Source of the DNA: an uncultured Clostridia bacterium
GTDB taxonomy: Bacteria > Bacillota > Clostridia > Christensenellales > CAG-314
Reading direction: 5' to 3'
Assembly (NCBI GenBank): GCA_947586855.1
Contig: CANPXV010000005.1
Span: forward strand, 42,951-106,950
Length of the DNA stretch: 64,000 nucleotides
Positions 8,047 through 17,930 of this stretch are shown here, piece by piece. Under the pieces are notes generated by a model. That model did not search any database and had not been told where the DNA came from. It was given only the letters and a program-made list of their open reading frames with translations. The position numbers and the translations under genes were made by a program. Each line of letters starts with the position of its first letter. The stretch's first letter is position 1.

Positions 8047-8463
8047 ATGGCACAACCGTATTTTCATACCGTCCGCTACTACGAAACGGACAAAATGGGC
8101 ATAACGCATCACTCCAACTATTTGCGTTTTATGGAGGAGGCTCGGCTGGATTTTTTGGAGCAAATCGGCTACGGCTATCAAAAAATGGAATCGGAAGGGC
8201 TTTCGTCGCCCGTGGTGGCCGTCCATATAGACTACAAACGCCCCACGACCTTCAACGACAAAATTTGCATTGAGGTCCATTTGCAAGAGGTGACGGCGGC
8301 ACGCCTTGTGATTGGCTACACAATGCTGCTGGACCAAGAAACGGTGTGCACAGCAATCAGCACGCACTGTTTTGTGGACGGTAACGGTAGGCCTGTTTCT
8401 CTCAAACGCACCAATGCGCAGCTATACGAGTTGCTGCTTTCTCTGACGGAAAGCCAAAAGTAA
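8047..8463 (+). CDS. acyl-CoA thioesterase, 4HBT/YbgC family
   Basis: 138 aa. N-terminus ..YFHTVRYYETDKMGITHHSNYLRFMEEARLDFL.. is the typical hotdog-fold YbgC pattern. SD AGAGGTG upstream. Confidence 0.8.
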   Translation: MAQPYFHTVRYYETDKMGITHHSNYLRFMEEARLDFLEQIGYGYQKMESEGLSSPVVAVHIDYKRPTTFNDKICIEVHLQEVTAARLVIGYTMLLDQETVCTAISTHCFVDGNGRPVSLKRTNAQLYELLLSLTESQK

Positions 8464-8591
8464 AATCGGTTATCGCACAACTTGAATAAAATCTCAACAT
8501 ATACAAAAAAAACGACTTGAAACGGTGGTGTTTCAGGCCGTTTTTGATATATTTGCACCCCATTGTCGGGCACGGTAGGTTTTCTTATTTT

Positions 8592-9743
8592 TTACAGCGC
8601 CATGCTCCACAACAGCTGCGTGCCCACAAGTACCGCCAAAAAGGAAAAATTGAGTATCAAAAAAGTGGCGATGTATCTTTTTAGCGCAGCGGGATTGTGT
8701 TTGCGAAATTCGTTGAGCGTTATCAGGCTGGCAAGGGATGCAATAGGCGTGCCCAATCCGCCGATATTTACCGCCACAAGCAAGTTGGCATAGTCGGCGG
8801 TAAACTTGGAAAGCAGCACGGCCGTGGGCACATTGCTGATGACCTGACAGCTTGCAACGCCTATCAGCAGGGGAGAGCTGGCCACCAGCTGCGACAGCAA
8901 TTTGCTTACGGCGTCGATACGGGCCAGATTGCCGCTGAACACGAAAAATGCCGCAAAGGTAAGCAGCAGACCGTAGTCCACATTGGCCATGGCTTTGCCG
9001 TCCAACAATATCATCATTGCAAAAACGACGGCAAACACTATGTACCAGGGCAAAACGTCAAACACGATAAGCAGCGACAGCACAAACAGCAGCGCATACA
9101 CAACGCTGCGCCAAACGGAGGGCGTTTTTTCCGGCTCGGCGTATAGCTGTATCGGATCCTTTGCCACAAACAGGCACACACCCACGATAAGCAGCAGCGC
9201 AACCACGCAGGGCACAGACATGATTTTGAGAAATTCGGCCGTGCCGATATTAAAATAGCTGTGCAGGTAGATGTTTTGCGGATTGCCGAAGGGCGTAAGC
9301 ATGCCGCCCAAGTTTGCTGCGATATTTTGCATCACAAACACTATGGGCATTTTGTCCCGGCGTTGGCAGCTTTCCAACACGATGTAGCCCAGTGGCAAAA
9401 AGGTTATCAGCGCCATATCGTTGGCCATCACCATGCTGCCAAAGTAGGTGATAAACACCAAAGCAAACACCGTGTTGCGAAGATTGCCGAATTTGAGCAC
9501 TATCTTTTTTGCCAGCCAGGTAAAAAACCGTATGTTTTTGAAAGCGGCAACTACCGCAAGCGTGCAAAACAGCGTTGCCAGCGTGCTCAAATCGAAGTAC
9601 CCAAGATATTGCTCGTCAAAGGGCACAAAAATGCAGGTAAAAGCGGCAAGCACCAGCGCCACAATGGGCATGATGTGCTTGCCTATAAATTTGCCCGCCT
9701 CAAAGCGGGGCACGTGATGAAGATTTGCCGTCTTTGTGCTCAT
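8592..9743 (-). CDS. ArsB/NhaD-superfamily anion permease (citrate-transporter-like)
   Basis: Polytopic membrane protein with ~10-11 hydrophobic helices and sequence character of the ArsB/NhaD/CitMHS permeases. Start set to ATG 9743, because the track's TTG 9761 directly abuts the -10 box of a TTGACT-17-TACAAT promoter. Confidence 0.55.
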   Translation of the reverse strand: MSTKTANLHHVPRFEAGKFIGKHIMPIVALVLAAFTCIFVPFDEQYLGYFDLSTLATLFCTLAVVAAFKNIRFFTWLAKKIVLKFGNLRNTVFALVFITYFGSMVMANDMALITFLPLGYIVLESCQRRDKMPIVFVMQNIAANLGGMLTPFGNPQNIYLHSYFNIGTAEFLKIMSVPCVVALLLIVGVCLFVAKDPIQLYAEPEKTPSVWRSVVYALLFVLSLLIVFDVLPWYIVFAVVFAMMILLDGKAMANVDYGLLLTFAAFFVFSGNLARIDAVSKLLSQLVASSPLLIGVASCQVISNVPTAVLLSKFTADYANLLVAVNIGGLGTPIASLASLITLNEFRKHNPAALKRYIATFLILNFSFLAVLVGTQLLWSMAL

Positions 9744-9881
9744 ATCTTTTGTCCGCTGCAAATTGTAGAACTTTGTATTTTTTTAGTCAAGTGAATGAAA
9801 ATATTTTATGTAAAAATTTGTGCAATTGTGCAATAATGCGCAGCTTCCACGGGGCGCAAGGCAAAAATTTACAAAAAACAG

Positions 9882-9910
9882 TTGCTTTTGCGTGCGGTCG
9901 GGAGTATAAT
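9882..9910 (+). promoter_or_regulatory. sigma-A-type promoter of copA
   Basis: TTGCTT (9882-9887), 17 nt, TATAAT (9905-9910). Confidence 0.55.
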
Positions 9911-9941
9911 AGACACATACACGGGGAGGGGGTGTTCCTCT

Positions 9942-12464
9942 ATGAAACAGAAATTTAACGTGACGGGTATGACGTGTTCGGCTTGCTCGGCGCATGTGGA
10001 AAGGGCCGTGTCCAAGCTGAAAGGTGTGGACAGCGTTGTCGTCAGTTTACTTACCAACAGCATGATGGTGGACTACGATGAAAAGTCCACAAGCGCCAAG
10101 GCCATTTGTGCCGCCGTCAAAAAGAGCGGCTACGGTGCAGAACCCGTTTCGGAGGGCGCTGTGCGCAATGCCCCGCCGCAAACCAACACGGTCTCGCTGA
10201 CGAGGCTGCTTGTTTCGCTGTGTTTTTGCGTTGTTTTGATGTATTTATCTATGGGGCATATGGTGGGTTTGCCCTTACCGAGCTTTTTGGACGGTGCGCA
10301 AAATGCCGTGTCCCTTGCGTTGGTGCAGTTGGTGCTGTGTCTGCCCGTGTGGTATGTCAACTTTGCCTATTTTTCCGTAGGGTTCAAGCGGCTGTTCAGG
10401 GGTTCGCCCAACATGGACAGTCTGATAGCGGTGGGCTCCACTGCCAGCGCACTGTATGCGATAGCTGTCACCTTTGTGATGAGCCACGCATTGGGGCAGG
10501 GCGGCGCCGAGGGCATGGCCACGGTGGAGCAATATCGTCACATGCTGTATTTCGAGTCCTCCGCCATGATTTTGGCGTTGGTGGATCTGGGCAAATATTT
10601 TGAGGGGCGCAGCAAGCTGAAAACGGGCGACGCTCTTGCAAAACTGCGCAAACTTGCACCCGACAAGGCCCTGCTGTATGTGGACGGCGCCGAGTGCGAA
10701 GTGGACAGCAAATCGGTCAAAGCGGGCGATATCGTCGTCGTCAAGGCGGGCATGTCCTTTCCTGCCGATGGCAGGGTGGTTTTCGGCAGTTGTTTTGCCG
10801 ACGAAAGCAGCGTAAGCGGCGAAAGTCTCCCCGTCGAAAAACAGCAAAATGCCTCTGTGATAGGCGGCACCGTCTGCGTGGGCGGATATGTGCGCATAGA
10901 AGTCACAACGGTGGGGCAGAACAGCGTTTTGGAGAAGATAATTTCTCTTGTGGAGGAGGCAGGCTCTTCCAAGGCGCCCATTCAGCGTTTGGCGGACAAA
11001 ATATCCGCAGTGTTTGTGCCCGTTGTGATGTCCATCGCATTGGTGACGTTGGTTGTGTGGCTTGCTGTGGGCTATCCTTTGGCGACGGCACTCAATTTTG
11101 CCGTGTCTGTGTTGGTTATATCCTGTCCGTGCGCTCTCGGTCTGGCCACACCCGTGGCCATCATGGTGGCGACGGGCAAGGGTGCGGAAAACGGTATCCT
11201 TATCAAAAACGGAGAGATTTTGGAGCGTCTTGCCGACATAAAACAAGTCGTGCTGGACAAAACGGGCACCGTCACAATGGGCAAGCCGCAGGTAAAAGAT
11301 TTTTCGACCGAGCTGGATGAAAAACAGTTTTTTGCGTTGGTGGGCGGCATTGAAAAGCAGAGCGAGCACCCGTTGGGCAAGGCCGTGGTAGAGTACGCCG
11401 AGGCGCTGCAAGCGGAATTGTGCACACCCGATAGTTTCGAAACGTTGGCAGGCAGGGGCGTGACGGCTACCGTCAAAGGGCATCGATATGCCGTGGGCAA
11501 CGCCCGCCTCATGAACGAACAGGGCGTGGACGGCAATGACTATCTCGACACGCTCAACGCATTTTCGCAAAAGGCGCTCACCTGTCTTGCGGTAAGTTGC
11601 GACGGGCGCTACGTCGGAATGATCGGCGTGGGCGACGAGATAAAGGCCACCTCGGCAGAGGCTGTTGCCATGTTGGCACAGCAGCAGGTGGGCACGGTGT
11701 TGCTTACGGGGGATAACGAGCTTGCGGCCAAGGCCGTATGCGACGAACTGCAAATAGGCGAATTTTATGCCGAGGTTTTGCCCGATCAAAAGGCACAAAA
11801 GGTGCGCAGCCTCATGCAAAAGGGTGTGACGGCAATGGTGGGCGACGGCATAAACGATGCGCCCGCATTGACATCTGCCGATATAGGTTTTGCGGTGGCG
11901 GCAGGCTCGGATATAGCGTTGGACAGCGCCGACGTGTTGCTTGTAAAAAACGACGTCAGGGACGTGGCCACCGCTATCAAACTTAGCCGGAGCACCAAAC
12001 GCAACATAAAGCAAAATTTGTTTTGGGCGTCTTTCTACAACGCATTGGGCATACCGCTTGCTGCGGGAGTGTTGTTTGTCACGCCGCTGCATTTGCAGCT
12101 AAGCCCCATGATAGCGGCGGCGGCGATGAGTCTCAGCAGCTTGTTTGTGGTGACAAACGCCCTGCGGCTGAGGCTCTTCAAGCCGTGCACAGCCGAAAAT
12201 GCGCCAACAAAACATAAAACAAAAAACAAAATCACCAAGGAGGTGGCAACAGTGAAGTATCAAATTGCAATCGAGGGAATGATGTGTCAGCATTGCGTGG
12301 CACGGGTGCAAAAAGCGCTGCAAAGCACCAAGGGAGTGCTGTCTGTTGAGGTCAGCCTGCAAGACAAGACCGCCGTTGTGGAGGCCAAGGATAAGGTCAA
12401 GCCTGAGGCTCTGACAAAAGCGGTGGAAAACGAGGGCTACACCGTGACGGGAGTGACGCAATGA
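9942..12464 (+). CDS. copA: copper-translocating P1B-type ATPase with HMA domains at both termini
   Basis: Start ATG at 9942 after GGGGAGGGGG. N-terminal HMA GMTCSACSAHVE, TM CPC motif SCPCALGLATP, DKTGTVT, GDGINDAP. A second complete HMA domain sits at the C-terminus (KYQIAIEGMMCQHCVARVQKAL..., nt ~12253-12461). Confidence 0.95.
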   Translation: MKQKFNVTGMTCSACSAHVERAVSKLKGVDSVVVSLLTNSMMVDYDEKSTSAKAICAAVKKSGYGAEPVSEGAVRNAPPQTNTVSLTRLLVSLCFCVVLMYLSMGHMVGLPLPSFLDGAQNAVSLALVQLVLCLPVWYVNFAYFSVGFKRLFRGSPNMDSLIAVGSTASALYAIAVTFVMSHALGQGGAEGMATVEQYRHMLYFESSAMILALVDLGKYFEGRSKLKTGDALAKLRKLAPDKALLYVDGAECEVDSKSVKAGDIVVVKAGMSFPADGRVVFGSCFADESSVSGESLPVEKQQNASVIGGTVCVGGYVRIEVTTVGQNSVLEKIISLVEEAGSSKAPIQRLADKISAVFVPVVMSIALVTLVVWLAVGYPLATALNFAVSVLVISCPCALGLATPVAIMVATGKGAENGILIKNGEILERLADIKQVVLDKTGTVTMGKPQVKDFSTELDEKQFFALVGGIEKQSEHPLGKAVVEYAEALQAELCTPDSFETLAGRGVTATVKGHRYAVGNARLMNEQGVDGNDYLDTLNAFSQKALTCLAVSCDGRYVGMIGVGDEIKATSAEAVAMLAQQQVGTVLLTGDNELAAKAVCDELQIGEFYAEVLPDQKAQKVRSLMQKGVTAMVGDGINDAPALTSADIGFAVAAGSDIALDSADVLLVKNDVRDVATAIKLSRSTKRNIKQNLFWASFYNALGIPLAAGVLFVTPLHLQLSPMIAAAAMSLSSLFVVTNALRLRLFKPCTAENAPTKHKTKNKITKEVATVKYQIAIEGMMCQHCVARVQKALQSTKGVLSVEVSLQDKTAVVEAKDKVKPEALTKAVENEGYTVTGVTQ

Positions 12465-12718
12465 CAGCAAACAGAGATAAAGTGGTGCGCCTGCTCAGAA
12501 CGGCAAGAGGGCAGATGGACGGCATACTCAAAATGATCGACGACAACAGATATTGTATAGATATCTCCAATCAGATAATGGCTTGCCAGGCAATATTGTC
12601 CAAGGTAAATGGCGAAGTGCTCAACGCTCATTTGCAAAACTGCGTGCTCAACAGCCACGGCGACGATACCAAGCAAAAGTTGGACGAAATTGCAAAAATA
12701 CTCAATCAATTGGTTTGA
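12461..12718 (+). CDS. csoR: CsoR/RcnR-family metal-sensing repressor
   Basis: 85 aa. ..RLLRTARGQMDGILKMIDDNRYCIDISNQIMACQAIL...HLQNCV matches the CsoR (DUF156) helical pattern with the conserved Cys and His-x-x-Cys positions. ATG overlaps the copA stop (ATGA). Confidence 0.8.
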   Translation: MTANRDKVVRLLRTARGQMDGILKMIDDNRYCIDISNQIMACQAILSKVNGEVLNAHLQNCVLNSHGDDTKQKLDEIAKILNQLV

Positions 12719-12769
12719 AAGAGCAACCCAAAGCGAAAGAATTGTTCCTATGCCCAATATAATAGGTGT

Positions 12770-13051
12770 ATGAGCAATTCTTTTTTGCAGTGCGTTGCCA
12801 ATGCCTGCGGGGTGGAGCTGGCCACCCTTGTCAAGGACTACAAGTATTCCGTTTTCGGCGGAAAAATAGCCGTTGTGGAGGGGCACAGCGGCATTGTTGA
12901 TTACAGGGCGGACAGGGTGACATTTGCCGTCAGAGGGGCAAATGTGGACGTTTGCGGCGAAAATTTGCGCATAAAGTGTCTGGAAAGGGGCTTTGCCGTG
13001 GTGGAGGGCGATGTGTCCTCGGTGGAGGTGCGCAGTGGCAAATCGTTGTAG
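12770..13051 (+). CDS. yqfC: sporulation protein YqfC (YabP/YqfC family)
   Basis: 93 aa with the YabP/YqfC-like pattern (..GGKIAVVEGHSGIVDYRADRVTF..LRIKCLERGFAVVEGDVSSVEV). It sits immediately upstream of yqfD, as in B. subtilis. A TATAAT box ends 6 nt before the ATG. Confidence 0.8.
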   Translation: MSNSFLQCVANACGVELATLVKDYKYSVFGGKIAVVEGHSGIVDYRADRVTFAVRGANVDVCGENLRIKCLERGFAVVEGDVSSVEVRSGKSL

Positions 13052-14117
13052 GATCACCTTTGAGGGGCTGAATATCGGCAGGCTGCTTGGCGTGCTCAAC
13101 GCAAGAAATATCCCCGTTTTCGAAGTGCAAAGGCAGGGTAGACGGTGCTGTGTGCAAGTTCCGTCAACACTATCCAAGCAGACTATTGCAATATTACAAG
13201 AAAGGTGCTATAATATACTTGGCGTAGAATTGATTGGTTTGCCCCGTGCGCTGCAATTTGCGCAAAAACACTTTGTATTTTTGCTGTTTTGTGTGGTGGC
13301 GGCGGTGTTTTTGGCCCTATCTTCGCAATTTTGCCGACGTATCGATGTGGCAGGGGATTTTGAGGAGCAGGAAGTTTGTTCGGTTCTCGACGAAATGGGC
13401 GTAAGCGTAGGCTGCAATTTGCGCAAGCTAAACCTGAAAGAGGTAGAAAACGCCCTTGCCAACAATCTGGACGCAATGTATGCGGTGGTCAAGCGCAGCG
13501 GCAGCGTGCTGTACGTCAATGCCGTCGGCAAAAAGACTATCGAGCCGCCCATCGACCTGACGCAAAAGCGCAATATCGTGGCGCCGAGAGCGGGCGTCGT
13601 TATCGGGCTGGTGTGTGAGCAGGGCAATCCGTTGGTAAAAATCGGCGATACCGTCAAAGCCGGCGACGTGCTGATAGAGGGCAAGCGTATCTTCAACGAC
13701 GGCACATCCGAGGACGTGTATGCTTTGGGGCGGGTGACGTTGTCCATCAAGGCGGAGGGCTTTGCCGAGTTTGACGGCACCAAACAAGTCACAGTGGAAA
13801 CGGGCAACACCTTCACCTCGGTAGGCGTGGTGCTGTTTGGCAAGGAATATGTGCGCCCCTGTCCGTTTGAGCACTTCACGGTTGATGTCCAAACAACAAA
13901 ACTGTCCCCGCTCAATCTGGAAATACGCACAGACGTGTTCAGAGAGATAGTGTTTGAGCGTGTTTCGGCCACGATAGAGGAGTGTCTGGACGCATTGCAG
14001 CAGTCGGCGTTGGATCAGGCGCAAAATCTGTGCGACTTTGCTGTTTGCCGTACGGTATGCGAAACAAAACCCAACGGCGTGTCGGTTGCGCTGTACGGAG
14101 AGATACTTGTAGAATAG
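13035..14117 (+). CDS. yqfD: sporulation protein YqfD
   Basis: Conserved yqfC-yqfD-phoH position, with one TM segment (HFVFLLFCVVAAVFLAL). Start proposed at GTG 13035, 6 nt after GGAGG. The track start 12993 lies deep inside yqfC. Confidence 0.75.
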   Translation: MANRCRITFEGLNIGRLLGVLNARNIPVFEVQRQGRRCCVQVPSTLSKQTIAILQERCYNILGVELIGLPRALQFAQKHFVFLLFCVVAAVFLALSSQFCRRIDVAGDFEEQEVCSVLDEMGVSVGCNLRKLNLKEVENALANNLDAMYAVVKRSGSVLYVNAVGKKTIEPPIDLTQKRNIVAPRAGVVIGLVCEQGNPLVKIGDTVKAGDVLIEGKRIFNDGTSEDVYALGRVTLSIKAEGFAEFDGTKQVTVETGNTFTSVGVVLFGKEYVRPCPFEHFTVDVQTTKLSPLNLEIRTDVFREIVFERVSATIEECLDALQQSALDQAQNLCDFAVCRTVCETKPNGVSVALYGEILVE

Positions 14118-14132
14118 CCTGGAGGAAAAATC

Positions 14133-15083
14133 TTGATATCCAAAAAGATAGAAGTTGATTCGATGGATGAGCTGGTCAAGCTGTTTGGCCCCTTTGACGA
14201 AAATATCAAGGCCATCTGCACCGCCTTTGATGTAAAGGTGGTGATGCAGGACGGCCAAAGCAGTTTGTACGGCGAGGACGCCAATGTCGCCAAGGCCTTG
14301 GATGTGGTAAACAAGCTTAGAGACTTTATTTTGGGCGGCGACAGCGCCGATATAGGCAGAGTCAACTATCTTTGCGAGCTATCCAAATCCGGGTTGCTTT
14401 CCGAGGTGGACGAGCTTATGGGCGATGTGGTGGCCATCACCTCCCGAGGCAAACCGATAAAGTGCAAAACCGTCGGCCAAAAGAAATACGTCGATTTGAT
14501 GAAGAAAAACACGATAACTTTCGGCGTGGGGCCTGCGGGCACGGGCAAAACCTATCTTGCGGTGGCCATTGCCGTCAACGCCTACAAGGCCAAGCAGGTG
14601 GAAAAGATAATCCTCACCCGTCCCGCCGTGGAGGCAGGCGAAAAGTTGGGCTTTTTGCCGGGAGACTTGCAGGAAAAGGTCAACCCCTATCTCCGCCCGC
14701 TGTACGACGCCTTGCAGGAGATGTTGGGCGTGGATAGTTACGGCAAGATGATGGAACGAGGCACGATAGAGATTGCTCCGCTGGCATATATGAGGGGTCG
14801 AACGCTCAACAATGCCTACGTGATATTGGACGAAGCGCAAAATACCACCCGAGAACAAATCAAAATGTTTTTGACAAGATTGGGCGAAGGCAGTAAAATG
14901 GTGATAACGGGCGATTTGACGCAGATCGACCTGCCCAAAGGGCAAACCTCCGGCCTTAAACATGCAATAAAAATTTTGAAGGATATAGACGATATAGGTA
15001 TAATTCGTTTGAACGAACGAGACGTGGTGCGCCACCCCTTGGTGCAAAAAATCGTCAAAGCATACGAAACAGAGGATAAATAA
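14133..15083 (+). CDS. phoH: PhoH-family ATPase
   Basis: Walker A GPAGTGKTYLAV and Walker B ILDEAQN. TTG start 7 nt after GGAGG. Confidence 0.9.
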   Translation: MISKKIEVDSMDELVKLFGPFDENIKAICTAFDVKVVMQDGQSSLYGEDANVAKALDVVNKLRDFILGGDSADIGRVNYLCELSKSGLLSEVDELMGDVVAITSRGKPIKCKTVGQKKYVDLMKKNTITFGVGPAGTGKTYLAVAIAVNAYKAKQVEKIILTRPAVEAGEKLGFLPGDLQEKVNPYLRPLYDALQEMLGVDSYGKMMERGTIEIAPLAYMRGRTLNNAYVILDEAQNTTREQIKMFLTRLGEGSKMVITGDLTQIDLPKGQTSGLKHAIKILKDIDDIGIIRLNERDVVRHPLVQKIVKAYETEDK

Positions 15084-16510
15084 TGAGAAAAATCAAAAAA
15101 ATTACCAATATCAAGTGGAAGCAGATAATATTCAGCTACCTTGCTATATTTATACTGCTTTCCGCTGTGACTTTGTTGGTAAATATCGACCGATTTGATT
15201 GGTTGAAAGCGGGTGTGCAGCTGGCGACGGTGTTCATCATGTTGGTGGCGCTGGCGTTGTACACCTATTTTTCCGACGTAGCCGTGATGGAAAGCGTCCG
15301 CAAAACCTGGGCAATGTTTTTTACTATGTTGGTGGCATACGGGCTCATCCAGCTGTCGCCCATCTGGGACTATGTTATCAATCTGGTGCCCTTTGCGCTG
15401 TGCTCGCTGATACTGTCGTTGATTGTTTCGGGTAAGTGCGGCTTTTTTGCCAACTTTATTGTGATAATGCTGTGCTTTATGCAGGACATAAATTGGCAGC
15501 CTACGGCCACCGTTGCGGGAGAAAACTTTTTCTATCTGCTGTTCAGCGGCGTCATCGAGGCTGTCTTTGCGTCCTTTGTGTTGGGCAAGCATTACAGGCG
15601 TTCCCGCTATCTGATAGTGGGTGTGGTGTTGGGCGTTATCTCTGTGATCTGCTCCACAATCAGTTACGTAATGTTCAGCAGCGAGTGGTCCTGGACGGTG
15701 TTCTGGATCAAGAGTGCGTGCTCCTTTGCAAGCGGCATTATCGGCGTAATGCTGATGTTTGTGTTGGTGCCGTTGTTCGAAAAGATTTTCAATGTTAGCT
15801 CTGTGTTCCGTTTTTCGGAGATTGCCACCTCGGACAGCGAGCTTATGCGCAAGCTGTTTGAAAAGGCCCCCGGCACCTACAATCACAGCCTTACCGTTGC
15901 CACCTATGTGGAGGCGTGCGCAGCCGCTATCGGCGAAAGCGCAGTTATGGCCCGTGCCGCCGCCTACTACCACGACATCGGCAAGATGAAAAACCCAAGC
16001 TACTTTGCCGAAAATCAATTCAGCGGTATCAATCCGCACGACAGCATGACGCCCGAAGCCAGCGTCAATATGATAAAATATCACACGCTAAACGGCCTGG
16101 CCATTGCCAAGGAATACGGTCTGCCAAAGGAAGTGCAGGCTGCGATAGTGGAGCACCACGGCACAATGGTCATCAAGTACTTCTATCTCAAAGCGCAAAA
16201 GTACACCGACGGCACGCTGCCCTACGACGGGTATTGCTACGACGGACCCAAGCCCACCAACAAAATATCGGCCATCCTGATGATCTGCGACGCTGCCGAG
16301 GCTGCCCTGCGCGCCAACGGCGACAAGAGCAATGTAGAAAAAATCGTGGACGACATTGTGGCTGAACGTATGGCGTTTGAGCAATTTTCCGACTGCGACA
16401 TTTCTCTCAAAGAGTTGGACATAGTAAAAAGCACCATCATATCCACTTTTGCCGGCATAAGGCACAAGCGGGTTTCCTATCCTGATATCCGATTGACAGG
16501 CGACAAATGA
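15083..16510 (+). CDS. 7TM-HD (HDIG) membrane phosphohydrolase, PgpH/YqfF family
   Basis: Multiple N-terminal TM helices followed by an HD domain (AAYYHDIGKM). Conserved phoH-yqfF-ybeY position. Start overlaps the phoH stop (TAATG). Confidence 0.85.
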   Translation: MRKIKKITNIKWKQIIFSYLAIFILLSAVTLLVNIDRFDWLKAGVQLATVFIMLVALALYTYFSDVAVMESVRKTWAMFFTMLVAYGLIQLSPIWDYVINLVPFALCSLILSLIVSGKCGFFANFIVIMLCFMQDINWQPTATVAGENFFYLLFSGVIEAVFASFVLGKHYRRSRYLIVGVVLGVISVICSTISYVMFSSEWSWTVFWIKSACSFASGIIGVMLMFVLVPLFEKIFNVSSVFRFSEIATSDSELMRKLFEKAPGTYNHSLTVATYVEACAAAIGESAVMARAAAYYHDIGKMKNPSYFAENQFSGINPHDSMTPEASVNMIKYHTLNGLAIAKEYGLPKEVQAAIVEHHGTMVIKYFYLKAQKYTDGTLPYDGYCYDGPKPTNKISAILMICDAAEAALRANGDKSNVEKIVDDIVAERMAFEQFSDCDISLKELDIVKSTIISTFAGIRHKRVSYPDIRLTGDK

Positions 16511-16992
16511 CAATTTATTTCAGCAATGTAGGCATACACAGACACAAAATAAAAAATGTTCTCGAAGGGGCGCTCAAATATCTGGGGCAGCCCTCTCGCA
16601 ATGTGGAGATGTCCCTTTCGGTGGTGTCTCCCGAGCAAATCAGAGAGCTCAACGCCAAGTTCAGAGGGGTGGACGACGTGACGGACGTTTTGTCCTTTCC
16701 CACGTTGGAGCTGGGCAAACAACACCTGGATGTGGCCGAGTTGCCGTCCGACGCTATCAATTCCAAAACGGGCAAGCTCAATCTGGGCGACGTCATAATC
16801 TGTTTTGAACGTGCCAAAGAGCAAGCCGAGAGCTATGGGCACAGCCTCAGGAGAGAGTTGTGCTTTTTGTCCCTGCACGGGCTGTTGCACCTGCTGGGCT
16901 ACGACCACATGCAACCCGACGACGAAAAGGAAATGACGGATTTGCAGGAGGAAATTTTGTCCAAAATGCACGTCACAAGGGATGTAAAATGA
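16507..16992 (+). CDS. ybeY: rRNA maturation endoribonuclease YbeY
   Basis: Zinc motif HGLLHLLGYDH. ATGA overlap with the upstream gene. Confidence 0.9.
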   Translation: MTIYFSNVGIHRHKIKNVLEGALKYLGQPSRNVEMSLSVVSPEQIRELNAKFRGVDDVTDVLSFPTLELGKQHLDVAELPSDAINSKTGKLNLGDVIICFERAKEQAESYGHSLRRELCFLSLHGLLHLLGYDHMQPDDEKEMTDLQEEILSKMHVTRDVK

Positions 16993-17879
16993 GGAAAACA
17001 GGCTTTATCGCAGTGGTGGGACAGGCCAACGCAGGTAAATCCACCTTGGTCAACTCGCTTGTGGGACAGAAGGTCTCCATAGTGTCACCCAAGCCGCAAA
17101 CAACCCGAGAGCAAATTCTCGGAGTGTGGACGGACGAGGACAGCCAGATGGTGTTTGTGGACACGCCGGGATTTTTGCACAGCAAAAACGCCTTGGGCGA
17201 CTACATGCTCAAAAGTATCGAAAGTGCCGTGCAGGATGTGGACTGCATCTTGGTGGTGATAGACGGCCACGACGGCATCGACGACAGAGAATTGGCGCAA
17301 ATAGCCAAGTATCGCAGTCGCAATGTTCCCATTGTGGTGGCAGTCAGTAAAATAGATATAACGCAGCCGCCTCGCTTGATGCCGGAACTTGCCAAGTTGA
17401 ACGGCATAGAGGGCCTGAACGAAGTGTATTGCGTTTCTGCCAAGCGCAACAACGGTGTGGAAGAGTTGAAACAGGGGCTAAAAAAATACCTCAGCGGCAG
17501 CGAAATGTATTTTGAAGAGGACGACGTAACGGACAAAACCATGCGCTTTTCCGTCAGCGAAATCATCCGAGAAAAGGTGCTGTTGGCGTGCGAGCAGGAG
17601 ATCCCTCACGGCGTGGGGGTAGAAATCAACAAAATGCAGCAAAACGGCAGCGCTTGGGATATAGACGCCACCGTGATAGTGGAAAAAGCCTCTCACAAGC
17701 CCATAATTTTGGGCAAGCACGGCGCCATGATAAAAAGTATCGGTGTGCATGCGAGAGAAAGCATCGAAAAACTGTTGCAGGCAAACGTTTTTTTGACGCT
17801 GTGGGTCAAGGTCAAGGAAGATTGGCGCAACAATCCGTCTATGCTTAACGAATTGGGATACAGTAACAGACAAAAATAA
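16989..17879 (+). CDS. era: GTPase Era
   Basis: Start ATG at 16989 (ATGA overlap with ybeY). G1 motif GQANAGKSTL, DTPG, and a C-terminal KH domain. Confidence 0.95.
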   Translation: MRKTGFIAVVGQANAGKSTLVNSLVGQKVSIVSPKPQTTREQILGVWTDEDSQMVFVDTPGFLHSKNALGDYMLKSIESAVQDVDCILVVIDGHDGIDDRELAQIAKYRSRNVPIVVAVSKIDITQPPRLMPELAKLNGIEGLNEVYCVSAKRNNGVEELKQGLKKYLSGSEMYFEEDDVTDKTMRFSVSEIIREKVLLACEQEIPHGVGVEINKMQQNGSAWDIDATVIVEKASHKPIILGKHGAMIKSIGVHARESIEKLLQANVFLTLWVKVKEDWRNNPSMLNELGYSNRQK

Positions 17880-17930
17880 AAATTGTATAGTATGGGGCGT
17901 ATTGAGGCAAACTTGTATTGGGAGGTTTGC

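Noticed and set aside
9911-9941. ACACGGGGAGGGGGTGT between the copA -10 box and the ATG, considered as a CsoR operator.
   Set aside because: Only the outer CAC/GTG are palindromic. The core is a G-run on one strand rather than the G-tract/C-tract inverted repeat of known CsoR sites, and it doubles as the SD. The evidence is insufficient.
10275-12092. Other long antisense ORFs: 10275..12092 (605 aa), 42599..44524 (641 aa), 44509..45939 (476 aa), 2237..3481, 14816..16084, 59372..60676, 61872..63176 and others.
   Set aside because: The explanation is the same. I checked the phase for the copA, ftsQ/ftsA, ftsZ and pepF cases, and each antisense ORF is codon-aligned with the sense gene. The sense genes all have strong motif support; the antisense products have none.
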